Below, piece after piece: positions 44,761 through 54,710 of a stretch of 64,000 nucleotides of DNA. The stretch comes from Armatimonadota bacterium. Lineage in GTDB: Bacteria; Armatimonadota; Hebobacteria; CAIYQO01. Both the position numbers and the translations under genes were made by a program. The stretch covers positions 58,769-122,768 of the forward strand of contig JBBRXO010000001.1 of assembly GCA_038248345.1 (NCBI GenBank). The letters run 5' to 3'. The notes beneath the pieces were generated by a model that was not told the origin of the DNA, ran no database searches, and saw only the letters and a program-made list of their open reading frames with translations. The number at the start of each line of letters is the position of its first letter. The stretch's first letter is position 1.

Positions 44761-47055
44761 TTTCCCCACAGCCTTTTTGATCCCCGCCAGGATGCGGTTC
44801 ACGTTGGGCTGGAATTCCTCTTCCAGGGTGGCGGCCATGGGCGGCGGGCAGTCGTAGGCGGCGACTATCTGCGCGGGGCCTTTGAAGTACTCGAAGCCGA
44901 TCTCCTGCATGCGTGCCACAATGTGCTCGGCGAAGCAGCCGGTCTTGGGTGCCTGGTTGACGCAGAGCAGGTGGCCAGTCTTCTTGATGGAGTTGAGCAC
45001 GGTTTCCTCGTCCATGGGGATGAGCGTGCGCAGGTCGATCACCTCGCAACTGATTCCCTGCTCGGCGGCCATTTCGGCAGCTTGCTGCGCCACTATTATC
45101 GGCATGGAGTAGCCAACTATCGTGACATCGGTGCCTTCGCGGCGGATGGCGGCCTTGCCCAGCGGGATCAGGTACTCTTCTTCGGGGCAGACGCCCTTCA
45201 TGGTGTAGATGCTCTGGTGCTCGATGAAGATAATAGGGTTGTTGTCGCGGATGGCGGTCTTCAGCAGGCCCTTCACGTCATAGGCGGTGCTGGGCGCTAC
45301 TACCTTGAGGCCCGGGATCATAGTGCAGACGGCCTCCAGGCTTTGGCTGTGCTGGCCGGCGTAGCCCTTGCCCCCGCCCACGGTGGTGCGTACCACCATC
45401 GGCAGTTCAGCTTTGCCGCCGAACATGTAGCGGTTCTTTGCCGCCTGGTTGCCTATCTGATCCATCGACATCAGGATAAAGTCGATGTACATAAGCTCGC
45501 AAACCGGACGCAGGCCGGTGACCGCCGCGCCCACCGCGGTGCCGATGATGGTCTGCTCGGATATCGGCGTATTGAAGCAACGCTCGCGCCCGAAGATGTC
45601 GATGATGCCGCGCGTCACCTGGAAGGCGCCGCCGTAGTCAGCCACGTCCTCACCGTAGAGGATGACGCGGCGGTCGTTGAGCATCTCTTCCGTTAACGCC
45701 TCGGCCACCGCCTGGCGCACGAAGATCATACCTTCTTTGTCGCGGCGCACTTTGCGCGGCTCTTTCGCCAGTTCGGTTTTGAATTTCGGCTCGATCTCAA
45801 TGCAGGTGTTGGGGGAGTACAGCCCCTCCAGCATGGTGCTGGGGTCAGGGTCGGTGCCCTCCACAGCTGCCTTCACACCGGCGGCACGCACACGTTCGCG
45901 CACTTCCGTCATTATGGCGTCCAGCTCTTCGCTGGTGGCCACTCCGGCCTCGGCCAACCGGTCAACATAGCGGTCAATTGCATCTTGCGCCTTCCAGCAA
46001 CCTTCCTCTTCCTTGGTGCGGTAGGTGTCGCGCAGGTCGCTCAGGGAGTGTCCGTAGTAACGGTAGGTCTCGCATTCGATGAATACCGGGCCTTCGCCAT
46101 TGCGACACAGCTCCACTGCCCGCCCAATTGCCTCGCGTACTGCAATCACGTCCATGCCATTTACCACTTCCGCATGCATGTTGTTGCGCGAGTAGCCCAC
46201 GGCGCGCTGTGCCAGGTGGTCGATGCCAGTTACTTCTTTGTCCTGCTGGCCGGTCATGCCGTACTGGTTATTCTCTACCAGGAAGATTACCGGGCAACCT
46301 TCGGAGAACTGATCCATGGCGGCGAAGTTCATCGCCTCGCCGGAGATGCCGTTGTTCACCGCGCCGTCGCCCACAAAGCAGATGGTAACTTCGCCGGTGC
46401 CCAGCTTCTGCGAGGACATGGCCGCACCTACCGCTATGGCGAAGGAGCCGCCGACGATGGCGTTGGCGCCCAGGTGGCCGACATTGAAGTCGGCGATGTG
46501 CATCCCGCCGCCACGGCCCCGGCAATATCCCTCTTCCTTGCCGAAGAGCTCGGCGAAGGTCTTAAAGAGATGCAGATCAATAGCGCGCTCCAGCACCTGC
46601 TCACGTGTCTCGCTCTGGGCGGCAGTGTAGATTTCGGCAGGAGCGGCGGATTTCTCCATCCAACTCAGCAACTCGGTCTTATCCATCTCCAACAGTGCGA
46701 AATAGGCTTTGGCGATGCCGTGCCCATGCCCACGGTGGGTGGAGGTGATGTAATCGCACCGATGAATAGTGCTCAACGCGCCTGCCGGCACCGCCTCTTG
46801 TCCGATGGACAAGTGGCTGGCTCCCACAAACTGGAATCCCTCCATCGGCACCCATGTGCCAGCCTTGGAGTCAACGATGCACTCCTCAAAGGAGCGAATC
46901 ATCTTCATCAATTTCAACAGCTCCAACGCCTCCGCTTGGGAGAGCTTGCCCGCCGCAATCTCGGCTCCCAGAGTGCTCTGGAATTGAAATCGGGGGATCG
47001 GCTGGAAGGTGAGTTCACCAGGGGTGAAATCCGGCAGCACGGCACATTCTTTCAT
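44758..47055 (-). CDS. Fused E1 alpha-beta component of a TPP-dependent 2-oxoacid dehydrogenase
   Basis: ORF track, 765 aa. The alpha part has STHRGHGHGIAKAY and FVGDGAVNNGISGEAMNFAA...FLVENNQYGM. The beta part has ILYGEDVADYGGAFQVTRG...FNTPISEQTIIGTAVGAA...GQHSQSLEA. No E2 or E3 gene is nearby. Confidence 0.88.
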   Translation of the reverse strand: MKECAVLPDFTPGELTFQPIPRFQFQSTLGAEIAAGKLSQAEALELLKLMKMIRSFEECIVDSKAGTWVPMEGFQFVGASHLSIGQEAVPAGALSTIHRCDYITSTHRGHGHGIAKAYFALLEMDKTELLSWMEKSAAPAEIYTAAQSETREQVLERAIDLHLFKTFAELFGKEEGYCRGRGGGMHIADFNVGHLGANAIVGGSFAIAVGAAMSSQKLGTGEVTICFVGDGAVNNGISGEAMNFAAMDQFSEGCPVIFLVENNQYGMTGQQDKEVTGIDHLAQRAVGYSRNNMHAEVVNGMDVIAVREAIGRAVELCRNGEGPVFIECETYRYYGHSLSDLRDTYRTKEEEGCWKAQDAIDRYVDRLAEAGVATSEELDAIMTEVRERVRAAGVKAAVEGTDPDPSTMLEGLYSPNTCIEIEPKFKTELAKEPRKVRRDKEGMIFVRQAVAEALTEEMLNDRRVILYGEDVADYGGAFQVTRGIIDIFGRERCFNTPISEQTIIGTAVGAAVTGLRPVCELMYIDFILMSMDQIGNQAAKNRYMFGGKAELPMVVRTTVGGGKGYAGQHSQSLEAVCTMIPGLKVVAPSTAYDVKGLLKTAIRDNNPIIFIEHQSIYTMKGVCPEEEYLIPLGKAAIRREGTDVTIVGYSMPIIVAQQAAEMAAEQGISCEVIDLRTLIPMDEETVLNSIKKTGHLLCVNQAPKTGCFAEHIVARMQEIGFEYFKGPAQIVAAYDCPPPMAATLEEEFQPNVNRILAGIKKAVGK

Positions 47056-47235
47056 CAGTTATAACCTCAAAGTCGATATTGTGCACCAATAATGGCACAC
47101 TAAAATGAATTATAAACGACGAAACGCGCAAAGTCAATCATAAACGCGCATGAATGAGCAGGTGTAGGTTTTTTTTAATTTGAACCACGAAGACACGAAG
47201 AGAGGTATAAGATTTTCGTAAAGGCCGGTAGGGTA

Positions 47236-47397
47236 CGTAGCATGGGCGTCCCGCCCATGAAAACGAGCAGAAAAGGAAGTTATTATTGAATCGAATGATA
47301 GCGCCCTTCAGGGTGCTTGCCGTTGTTAGCCACGTCCTTCAGGGCGTGGCGCCAGGAATCGCAATCCCGTTTACATGGGCGGTACGCCCATGCTACG
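47236..47397. mobile_element. MITE-like element copy A (~160 bp, 30-nt imperfect terminal inverted repeats)
   Basis: The left arm CGTAGCATGGGCGTCCCGCCCATGAAAACG (47236-47265) matches the reverse complement of the right arm (47368-47397) with 2 mismatches. Each arm contains the palindrome CATGGGCG-N3-CGCCCATG. The interior has two small CCTTCAGGG hairpins (47301-47316, 47331-47348). Confidence 0.6.
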
Positions 47398-47500
47398 AAG
47401 GGGTTATTCCTCTACCAATTAAATTCTAAAATATTGGCAGGACTCCCCCTACCAGACCACGAAATAGTGAAGACAACGACATATTAAATAGGAGCGAACA

Positions 47501-49465
47501 ATGAGCAAAGAATCAAAATACCCGGCGCGCAAACGGCGGGCGGAAAGTTTTCTGGGAATCCATTTTGACTTCCACGCGGGAATGGATTGTACCGAGATCG
47601 GTAAGACGATAACCCCGGCGATGATTGAGCGTATTATTGACCTGGTGGGGCCGGATTATCTGCAATGCGATTGCAAGGGGCATCCCGGCATCTCCAGTTA
47701 CCCGACAAAGGTGGGGAATCCAGCGCCAGGATTTGTGCAGGATAGCTTGCGAATATGGCGTGATGTCACCGCAAAACGGGGGGTGGCATTGTTCATGCAT
47801 TACTCGGGAGTAATAGATGCCGAAGCGGTCACCCGACATCCGTCCTGGGCACGGGTGAACGAGAAGGGAAAGCGCGATAAAACCGTCACCAGCGTCTTCG
47901 GCCCCTATGTCGATGATCTTTTAATCCCACAATTGAAAGAGCTCAGTGATGTCTACGATGTCGATGGCGTCTGGCTGGATGGCGAATGCTGGGGCACCGA
48001 ACCCGATTATGGCAAGCAGGTACTCGCGGCCTTTCAAAAGAAAACAGGCATCACCACCATACCACGCAAAAAAGATGACCCGTACTTTTTTGAATTCCTG
48101 GAATTCTGCCGCGAGGGTTTCCGGCAATATATGCGCCACTATATTGATGAGATGCACCGGCATAATCCTAACTTTCAAATCGCCAGTAATTGGAGCTACA
48201 CCTCATTCATGCCGGAGCCGATCACTGCTGATGTTGATTTCCTCTCGGGCGATTATCCCATGCAGGACAGTGTGAATTGTGCCCGTTTTGAAGGGCGTTG
48301 CCTGGTTAACCGGGGGAAGCCGTGGGACTTGATGGCGTGGGCATTTAGTAGTAAATGGGAAGACATGGCACGTAGCACCAAGACAGTGCCGCAACTGCAG
48401 CAGGAAGCGGCAGTTGTGCTGGCGCTGGGCGGCGGCTTTCAGGCATATTTTCAACAAAAACGTGATGGGGCAATCTTCGAATGGCCGATGCAACTGATGG
48501 CGGAAGTGGCGAAGTTCTGCCGCGCACGTCAACTATTCTGTCATCAAGCGCAACCCGTGCCGCAGATCGGGCTACTCTACTCAAGTTACGCCTACTACCG
48601 CAAATCCAAGCGATTATTCGGGCCCTGGGATGGTGAGGCCGTCCCCACTACCGGTGTGCTCAACGCGCTGCTGGATGGACAGAACTCCGTAGAAATCGTG
48701 CTGGAATACCAATTGGCTGACGGAAACCTCCGTAACTATCCTCTCATCGTTATCCCCGAGTGGGAGGAGCTGGAGCCGAAGTTCCACCATCAGCTGCTGG
48801 ATTACGTGCGGGACGGCGGCAATCTCTTGCTCATCGGGGCAAAAACCTCGGCGTTATTTGCCAAAGAACTGGATGTTACATTGCAGGGCGAACCGGAGGA
48901 GGTCGAACGGTATCTGGCACACAATGATTGGATGGCCGCGTTGACTGGACAGGTGCAATCGGTTACTCCCGGCACCAAAGCGCGTCCATTCTGTATGCTG
49001 CACAATGCGAATGAACCCAGCAGCCCAGGGGTGGTCGCTGCAACTATCACTCCTTACGGTCGCGGCACGATTGCGGGCGTCTTCATGGATATGGGGAAAC
49101 GATATCGCCAGTCGCGCACCACCGTGGTTCGTGACTTCCTCAATGACCTGGTTCGCCAGCTCTTCCCGCACCCCATGGTAGATGTCCGCGGGTCTCATAG
49201 CGTCGACGTGGTCGTCAACCGTATCAATGGTACATTGGCCGTCAACCTGATCAACACCGCCGGCTCGCACCATGACCCATCAATATATACTTATGACGAT
49301 ATCCCTACCCTCGGTCCGCTGGAAATTACTATCCGCACCGAAAAGGCGCCGAAAAAAGTCACTCAGCAGCCGGAAGACAAGGCCCTACCGTATACCTATA
49401 AGAACGGAGAAATTCACTTGACCCTGCCGGAATCAGCAATACATACGATTATCGTAGTGGAGTAA
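47501..49465 (+). CDS. Putative glycoside hydrolase, GHL6-like TIM barrel plus amidotransferase-like module (paralog of 2095..4089)
   Basis: ORF track, 654 aa, with AGGAG SD. FLGIHFDFHAG...CKGHPGISSYPT...DVDGVWLDGECWG parallels the 2095..4089 protein. YPLIVIPEWEEL...GGNLLLIGAK is the second module. The family name is from memory. Confidence 0.65.
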   Translation: MSKESKYPARKRRAESFLGIHFDFHAGMDCTEIGKTITPAMIERIIDLVGPDYLQCDCKGHPGISSYPTKVGNPAPGFVQDSLRIWRDVTAKRGVALFMHYSGVIDAEAVTRHPSWARVNEKGKRDKTVTSVFGPYVDDLLIPQLKELSDVYDVDGVWLDGECWGTEPDYGKQVLAAFQKKTGITTIPRKKDDPYFFEFLEFCREGFRQYMRHYIDEMHRHNPNFQIASNWSYTSFMPEPITADVDFLSGDYPMQDSVNCARFEGRCLVNRGKPWDLMAWAFSSKWEDMARSTKTVPQLQQEAAVVLALGGGFQAYFQQKRDGAIFEWPMQLMAEVAKFCRARQLFCHQAQPVPQIGLLYSSYAYYRKSKRLFGPWDGEAVPTTGVLNALLDGQNSVEIVLEYQLADGNLRNYPLIVIPEWEELEPKFHHQLLDYVRDGGNLLLIGAKTSALFAKELDVTLQGEPEEVERYLAHNDWMAALTGQVQSVTPGTKARPFCMLHNANEPSSPGVVAATITPYGRGTIAGVFMDMGKRYRQSRTTVVRDFLNDLVRQLFPHPMVDVRGSHSVDVVVNRINGTLAVNLINTAGSHHDPSIYTYDDIPTLGPLEITIRTEKAPKKVTQQPEDKALPYTYKNGEIHLTLPESAIHTIIVVE

Positions 49466-49638
49466 GCACTATGCCAGCGGTGACTATCTCCTGGAAATCA
49501 GTGATATTAGTCACCGCTGCCTGCTAGTACTTGGTGCAGGCGGTATTGTAAAGGGTTATAATTACGGTGTTGACATTCACAGTCCCTTCAGGGCAATATT
49601 CTGAGCAACTTGTAGAGAACAGTTACGCGTTATGGGTT

Positions 49639-49804
49639 ATCGTGGCATGGGCGTCCCGCCCATGAGAACGGCGTTGCGACCCTTCACCACTGCAAGTACC
49701 CCTGTTCGACAGGTTCGCAGCCTTCAGAATGAACGCTATTATTCGGTCTGATAATAACCACCTCTATCTGCCCGTTCTCATGGGCGGGACGCCCATGCCA
49801 CGAT
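49639..49804. mobile_element. MITE-like element copy B (~166 bp, perfect 33-nt terminal inverted repeats), opposite orientation to copy A
   Basis: ATCGTGGCATGGGCGTCCCGCCCATGAGAACGG (49639-49671) is the exact reverse complement of 49772-49804. The arm core is shared with copy A. The reverse complement of the interior aligns with the first ~38 nt of copy A's interior (about 29 matches by eye). Confidence 0.65.
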
Positions 49805-49837
49805 TGCTTGCAGTGCAGATAATTGGCGAAGCCAACG

Positions 49838-52462
49838 TCAGGTAGTCACTACCACTATGGCATCTCGTAATGCAGCTGAAGCGAATTCCACGGTAACGCC
49901 GCGGGGTACTTCAATTTGTCCAGTCAAAGCAGTTACATCGCTGTCGATACACATACGGATCAAACCGTATGGCGTCGGCACGCTGACCTGGAGATGCTCG
50001 ATGTCACCCAAATGTGGATCAACCTGCACAACACCCCACCCCGGCGTCAGCGGGGAAAGCCCGGCTATGCTCTTAATGAGATAGATACTCGGCGATGTTC
50101 CCCATGGATGCCCGACACTGAACAACCAATCACCATTTACGGTGACCATTTCAGGGGTTGTCGTCAGCCCGGCATCCAGGTAATCCCCCCAGGTACTTCT
50201 GATATCAGCGAGTAGTTCGTCACGTCGTCCTAGACGATGCAGTACTTCATGCAAATGAACATGAAAGAATGGTCCGAGCATCTGCAGAACTCCGGGGGCC
50301 TGCCAGGTACGGTCAAGGAGCCCGTGCGGATCAGCTGTGAGATCAGCTTCTATCGCCAGCAGATTAACATGGACGCTCGCTTCCGGCGATAATTCACCAT
50401 TGACGACACAATCCGCAAAGAGGCGGCGCTGTGCATCCCAATGAGCGTCACGAAGTTGCTGTGATAATTTATCTGCCTGTGCTGAAAAACGTTGCATCTC
50501 TGCATGTTGCCCATAGTGGTGCAATATCCGTACAGTGGATTGCAGTGCCAGCAGATAGAGGATATTGATGGCGGTTGGAATACCATCATGGCGAATACTA
50601 CGCAACTTCCCATCTTCCACCCCCGGATGATCCACCCAGTTCCAGCCCGTTACCTGCCGAAGCCGCAGATCCTGCTCCTCTTCCCGACCGAACGCCCGCT
50701 GAAAACCATCCAGCAATTCCATAACCGCAGGCAGCAGCCCCGCGACGAACTCGGCGTGTCCGGTGTATTGGAGATGATGCTCCAACAGTATCGGCCAGAG
50801 GATCGTCTGATCGAGCAGGCGGTATTCTTCCGGCGGTGTCCGGCATGGTTGATTCGGCTGAAAAATCCCATCGGCCATCTGTCCCTGGGCATAGAGGGTG
50901 TGCTGCCATTCCACAATCTCATGGTTGCCAAAAAGATGGTAGCACGCCTGATTATGAACGTAATTATCACCGATATACAGCAATTGCTCACGCCAGGGGC
51001 CATCCATGATAATATCTTGCGAACCATTCAGCATGGTGCGCCGGCATATCTCCCATATTCGATCCAGGCGCTCCGCTGAACTGGTGAATGCACCACTGCC
51101 GTCATAGTCATAATGACGGTAAATAGCTGCCACACGGCGTAGCCGCACGCGGCCACAACGCGCCCGCACGATAACCTTCAGCATCCGTGCGGATTTATAT
51201 TGAAAAGAGGTCTCATAGCACTGCTCACCGGCGCGCAGAACCACCCGGTCTGTATAGACCGCCGGGAATACTAAACCGGGTATGGCGCTCAACCGTTCGC
51301 TGTATTGCAGTTCCAGTTGCGCACCGGCTGTCGCCTCGGCAATCTCGATCCGGGGGAGTATCGTCATGTTGGCTGGGAACTCAAAGATGATAGCGTACTC
51401 CTCATCTTCTACCAGCACATCGCACTCTCCGGCTGCGCCCAGATGAGTACGAGAATCAGGATTTAAGGTATCCACCGTCCCGCGGTATTCATCTTCCGGG
51501 ACTACTATTGCTGGAAGCCAGGGAGTCGCTGCCGAAGCCCATTGGATAGTATCCCCACCCTCCGGGCACTGGCGCCAGCCGAAGTTCCACATTTCATCAT
51601 CACCGAAGCCGGCAGCTAGTTGCCCGGTAATGGTATGTTCCCCCGCGGCAAGCTGCAATAACACCGGCTGCCAGAGCGGCAACCAATCAAATGGAGGATC
51701 AAACGGTAAGTCTTGCGCAACCCCGTCAACCGCCAGCAGTGCCCCCACTTTGTAGGTAAAGTAGAAGACGAACTCGCCCGGTATTGTGACAGTGAAGTCG
51801 ATGCACCATCGGTCGCTGCCGTGAGGGCGATTAACAACACGCCTGGTGAAGGCTTCACAGAATGCTCCCGCCTCGACTACCCGCTGCGGGTAAACCACTT
51901 CTTCGCATAGATGTCGCAATGGTGACGGCAGAAAGGGGCAGGTGTCGCTCACTCGGGATGGCACTAGCCAATATTGATCATCGAAGTCAGGTGTGCGCCA
52001 GCCGAGTAACTCCTCGCGTAAATCCCGGTTTTCCCGGTGTCCGATCAAATCGTTTAATCGACGTGCCGGTTGATACTCTACCGCCGGAGCTATACGCCAC
52101 TGCCCGGCTTCTTCCAGCGAAATTCCTGCGATATCGCCCGCACATGCAAGCATCATTGCCGTTATAGGAGGCACACCCGGTATCGGAATCTCCGGCGGTC
52201 CCCACGCATGCACAAGTACCGCAATGACATTTTTGCCCGGTTGGAGGTGAGGGGTGAGGTCGAATGTTTCGTAACGCCACTCGTCATCATGATGGCGCAC
52301 ATAAGTGCGTCCCAGCCACACTCCATTAACCCACACCATAGCGAACTGACGTGCATCAATACAGAACGTGCCCGTACCCGCCGTGTCGACGGTGGTCGTA
52401 TAACGCGCGTAGACGTATCGGTTTTCTTGCCCGATAGCCGATGATATATCTAATACTTCCAT
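49838..52462 (-). CDS. GH78-like alpha-L-rhamnosidase family protein
   Basis: ORF track, 874 aa, with GGAG SD. The N-terminal FAMVWVNGVWLGRTYVRHHDDEWRYETFDLTPHLQPGKNVIAVLVHAWG resembles the bacterial rhamnosidase N-domain. DGPWREQLLYIGDNYVHNQA resembles the six-hairpin catalytic-domain motif. Confidence 0.7.
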   Translation of the reverse strand: MEVLDISSAIGQENRYVYARYTTTVDTAGTGTFCIDARQFAMVWVNGVWLGRTYVRHHDDEWRYETFDLTPHLQPGKNVIAVLVHAWGPPEIPIPGVPPITAMMLACAGDIAGISLEEAGQWRIAPAVEYQPARRLNDLIGHRENRDLREELLGWRTPDFDDQYWLVPSRVSDTCPFLPSPLRHLCEEVVYPQRVVEAGAFCEAFTRRVVNRPHGSDRWCIDFTVTIPGEFVFYFTYKVGALLAVDGVAQDLPFDPPFDWLPLWQPVLLQLAAGEHTITGQLAAGFGDDEMWNFGWRQCPEGGDTIQWASAATPWLPAIVVPEDEYRGTVDTLNPDSRTHLGAAGECDVLVEDEEYAIIFEFPANMTILPRIEIAEATAGAQLELQYSERLSAIPGLVFPAVYTDRVVLRAGEQCYETSFQYKSARMLKVIVRARCGRVRLRRVAAIYRHYDYDGSGAFTSSAERLDRIWEICRRTMLNGSQDIIMDGPWREQLLYIGDNYVHNQACYHLFGNHEIVEWQHTLYAQGQMADGIFQPNQPCRTPPEEYRLLDQTILWPILLEHHLQYTGHAEFVAGLLPAVMELLDGFQRAFGREEEQDLRLRQVTGWNWVDHPGVEDGKLRSIRHDGIPTAINILYLLALQSTVRILHHYGQHAEMQRFSAQADKLSQQLRDAHWDAQRRLFADCVVNGELSPEASVHVNLLAIEADLTADPHGLLDRTWQAPGVLQMLGPFFHVHLHEVLHRLGRRDELLADIRSTWGDYLDAGLTTTPEMVTVNGDWLFSVGHPWGTSPSIYLIKSIAGLSPLTPGWGVVQVDPHLGDIEHLQVSVPTPYGLIRMCIDSDVTALTGQIEVPRGVTVEFASAALRDAIVVVTT

Positions 52463-52505
52463 AGAAACTCCAATTTGGCTACAATATCTTCTTTAATGAG
52501 TCCGT

Positions 52506-54422
52506 TTATTTTTCGATCATCCGATAAATACCGGGTGACATCTCACAGAATGATCCGTCCGCTGTCGCATGGACGGTTGTTTGATCGGTCTCCTCTATCA
52601 GCGTCGTCACCTGATCCCATGGCTTGGGAAGACGGAATGATGGGAAGTGCGCTGAACCTTCTGGCGCTGGGACGACTAATAATCGTTGTGATGCCAGAAT
52701 GGACAGATCGCCGGGAAGATGGGTGAAGGTGCGCGGGCCACCGTGTTCACGTAGTAGCTTCGCCATGTAGCGATTTTTTGCCGCTGCTCCTGGTCCATCG
52801 GCGAGCATAGCTACGAGACCAGCAGCCGCTGAGAAACGCGGCCCTTGATCCAGGATTATCTGTTTATCGGAGTATTGATTCAGCTGCAAAAAGAAATCGC
52901 GCGGCCCCCAACCATCGATGCCACGTACTGGGTTTATATTGATGGTCGCGAGGTCGACTGGCCCGTCAAAGGTCGTGCCCTCACCGAAGATAATTCCTTC
53001 CGGGTCACATTCCTTCACACAGGCATGAATCTCTTCCAAAAATTTAATCGTCATACGATTGGTGTCGCCGGGATAGCGCATGAATGAGCGTGGAGTAAAG
53101 TCGGGAGGGAACGCCCAACCCAGGCAATCGAAGAAGAAGCCTTTTACACCACATTCCAGCATGTAAAACCGAATCCACTTTTTAGTGTACTCAATATAGC
53201 CCGGATGCCCGGGATTGATATGCGACATTCCACCATCTATGCTGCCCCAGGAGGCGCAGGCGCGTCCGTCGATACCACGGATAAACCAATCATCTTCGAT
53301 ATCCTCACCGCCTTGCGGTAACAGGCCACTGTGCGACATCCAAATGAGCATCGGCACACCCTTATCGGTAATTCGGCGGCACATGCGCGCAAATTCTTCC
53401 TTAGTGCCATGATTCGGGTCAGGCTCATATCCTAACGGCGTCGTTCCACTGAAGACAGGACGGTTAGTGACTAATGAATAGCCAATGCCGGTAAATTCTT
53501 CGGTGGCGAGTCGATCTTCCCAATAATCGGCATGTTCCTTCCAAGTTGGCTTATTATTCCAGGATAATCCCTCACCCCATAGCGTTTTGGACACCCAGGC
53601 TGGCGGTTCACAAATATAATGCGTTACATAGTCAGCCATGAATGTCATCATCTCATCATGCGTCTGACCATAATAAATTTTGACCTCCGGCATCTGCAGG
53701 GAATCGCCAATATTAAATGGAGCATGCAGGGTGAAATCATAACCGACCCCGCGTCCAGCGTCAGTGATATTCAAAATGTATCCGACATGGGGGCGTCGGC
53801 AAGTAATAGCAATCCAATTGGAAGTTTTTACATCATAAAAGACGCCACCATGAATTCCCATAACGCCGGGGTAAATACGACGCCATACATTCTGGAGGTA
53901 TTTTTTGCAGTTCTCGGGGGTGTCATGCTCGTAGCCGACGTGGCCAAATTCATCAATCGGACCGGTGGAATGAGCAGAGGGGAAGATCATCCGCGTATCT
54001 TCTCCCCAGAAGTTCCAGGGTAAATTCAACAGGGAAAAAGTGTCCACATACAGCGGCGCTTCAATCACGGGGCCGCCGGGGCCCGGACATGGTAAGTCAT
54101 CCATATCTGCCAGCTCACGCCGGATTAGATAGTGGATACCGACGCAAGGATGTTTCTGGTACTCCCGCGGCCCCATAGAACGCACAACCACCAGACCCGC
54201 CCCGGAGAAATGATCGACAAATTTCTCCCCTTTGACGCGAGTTGTGCCATATGCACTCCCGGTAGGAGCTTGCTGCAGGCGGGTGCGCAACGGGAGTCCG
54301 TTGATCATGAGTTCTGCGACATCCTCGGTATCCTGCTGTAACAATTCCACATCGTACAGTTTGATCGAGGAGATAGCGCCGGTGTGCTCATTATTAGTCA
54401 TCTGAAGAGGGTTCTGTGTCAT
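52506..54422 (-). CDS. Putative glycoside hydrolase with divergent GH13-like (alpha-amylase superfamily) TIM barrel
   Basis: ORF track, 638 aa, with AGGAG SD. YEPDPNHGTKEEFARMCRRITDKGVPMLIWM resembles the GH13 'vDp.fGt.edf..L...aH..Gi.Vi.D' region. VKGFFFDCLGW resembles GFRxD, and IIFGEG resembles the acid/base region. The family call is low-confidence; the coding call is strong. Confidence 0.55.
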   Translation of the reverse strand: MTQNPLQMTNNEHTGAISSIKLYDVELLQQDTEDVAELMINGLPLRTRLQQAPTGSAYGTTRVKGEKFVDHFSGAGLVVVRSMGPREYQKHPCVGIHYLIRRELADMDDLPCPGPGGPVIEAPLYVDTFSLLNLPWNFWGEDTRMIFPSAHSTGPIDEFGHVGYEHDTPENCKKYLQNVWRRIYPGVMGIHGGVFYDVKTSNWIAITCRRPHVGYILNITDAGRGVGYDFTLHAPFNIGDSLQMPEVKIYYGQTHDEMMTFMADYVTHYICEPPAWVSKTLWGEGLSWNNKPTWKEHADYWEDRLATEEFTGIGYSLVTNRPVFSGTTPLGYEPDPNHGTKEEFARMCRRITDKGVPMLIWMSHSGLLPQGGEDIEDDWFIRGIDGRACASWGSIDGGMSHINPGHPGYIEYTKKWIRFYMLECGVKGFFFDCLGWAFPPDFTPRSFMRYPGDTNRMTIKFLEEIHACVKECDPEGIIFGEGTTFDGPVDLATININPVRGIDGWGPRDFFLQLNQYSDKQIILDQGPRFSAAAGLVAMLADGPGAAAKNRYMAKLLREHGGPRTFTHLPGDLSILASQRLLVVPAPEGSAHFPSFRLPKPWDQVTTLIEETDQTTVHATADGSFCEMSPGIYRMIEK

Positions 54423-54644
54423 ATTTTATGCTCCTATCCATGTCTATTAGACTCCTGATAAATTAAAATTTAAAGGATGTCGTTAGATCATGTTCGCCCT
54501 GCTGAATCTACCATCATTATGATTTTTAAGCACTAACCATAATGGCAGCTAAACTAGGGTTATTGTCTGGTAATTCACCTTGCTTGTCAAGGGAAATATG
54601 GCAAAAATCATACAAACAATGCGCTGTGGACTTACGCCTCCTAT

Positions 54645-54673
54645 TTGAATTGTACTTGAAAATCGAGTACAAT
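54645..54673 (+). promoter_or_regulatory. Sigma-70-like promoter (TTGAAT-17-TACAAT) with an operator-like inverted repeat for the SGNH esterase gene
   Basis: -35 TTGAAT at 54645-54650, a 17-nt spacer, and -10 TACAAT at 54668-54673, about 38 nt upstream of ATG 54711. A perfect 7-bp inverted repeat, TTGTACT (54650-54656) and AGTACAA (54666-54672), bridges both hexamers. Confidence 0.5.
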
Positions 54674-54710
54674 AACCAAAGCGTACAAAGCGCAAAAAAT
54701 AGGAGTAACA

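Noticed and set aside
44740-47064. Two long plus-strand ORFs (44740..45696 and 45985..47064) opposite the fused E1 alpha-beta gene
   Set aside because: This is the same shadow-ORF phenomenon: low-complexity G/A/V/H-rich translations with no recognisable motifs, opposite a gene with unmistakable TPP-enzyme motifs.
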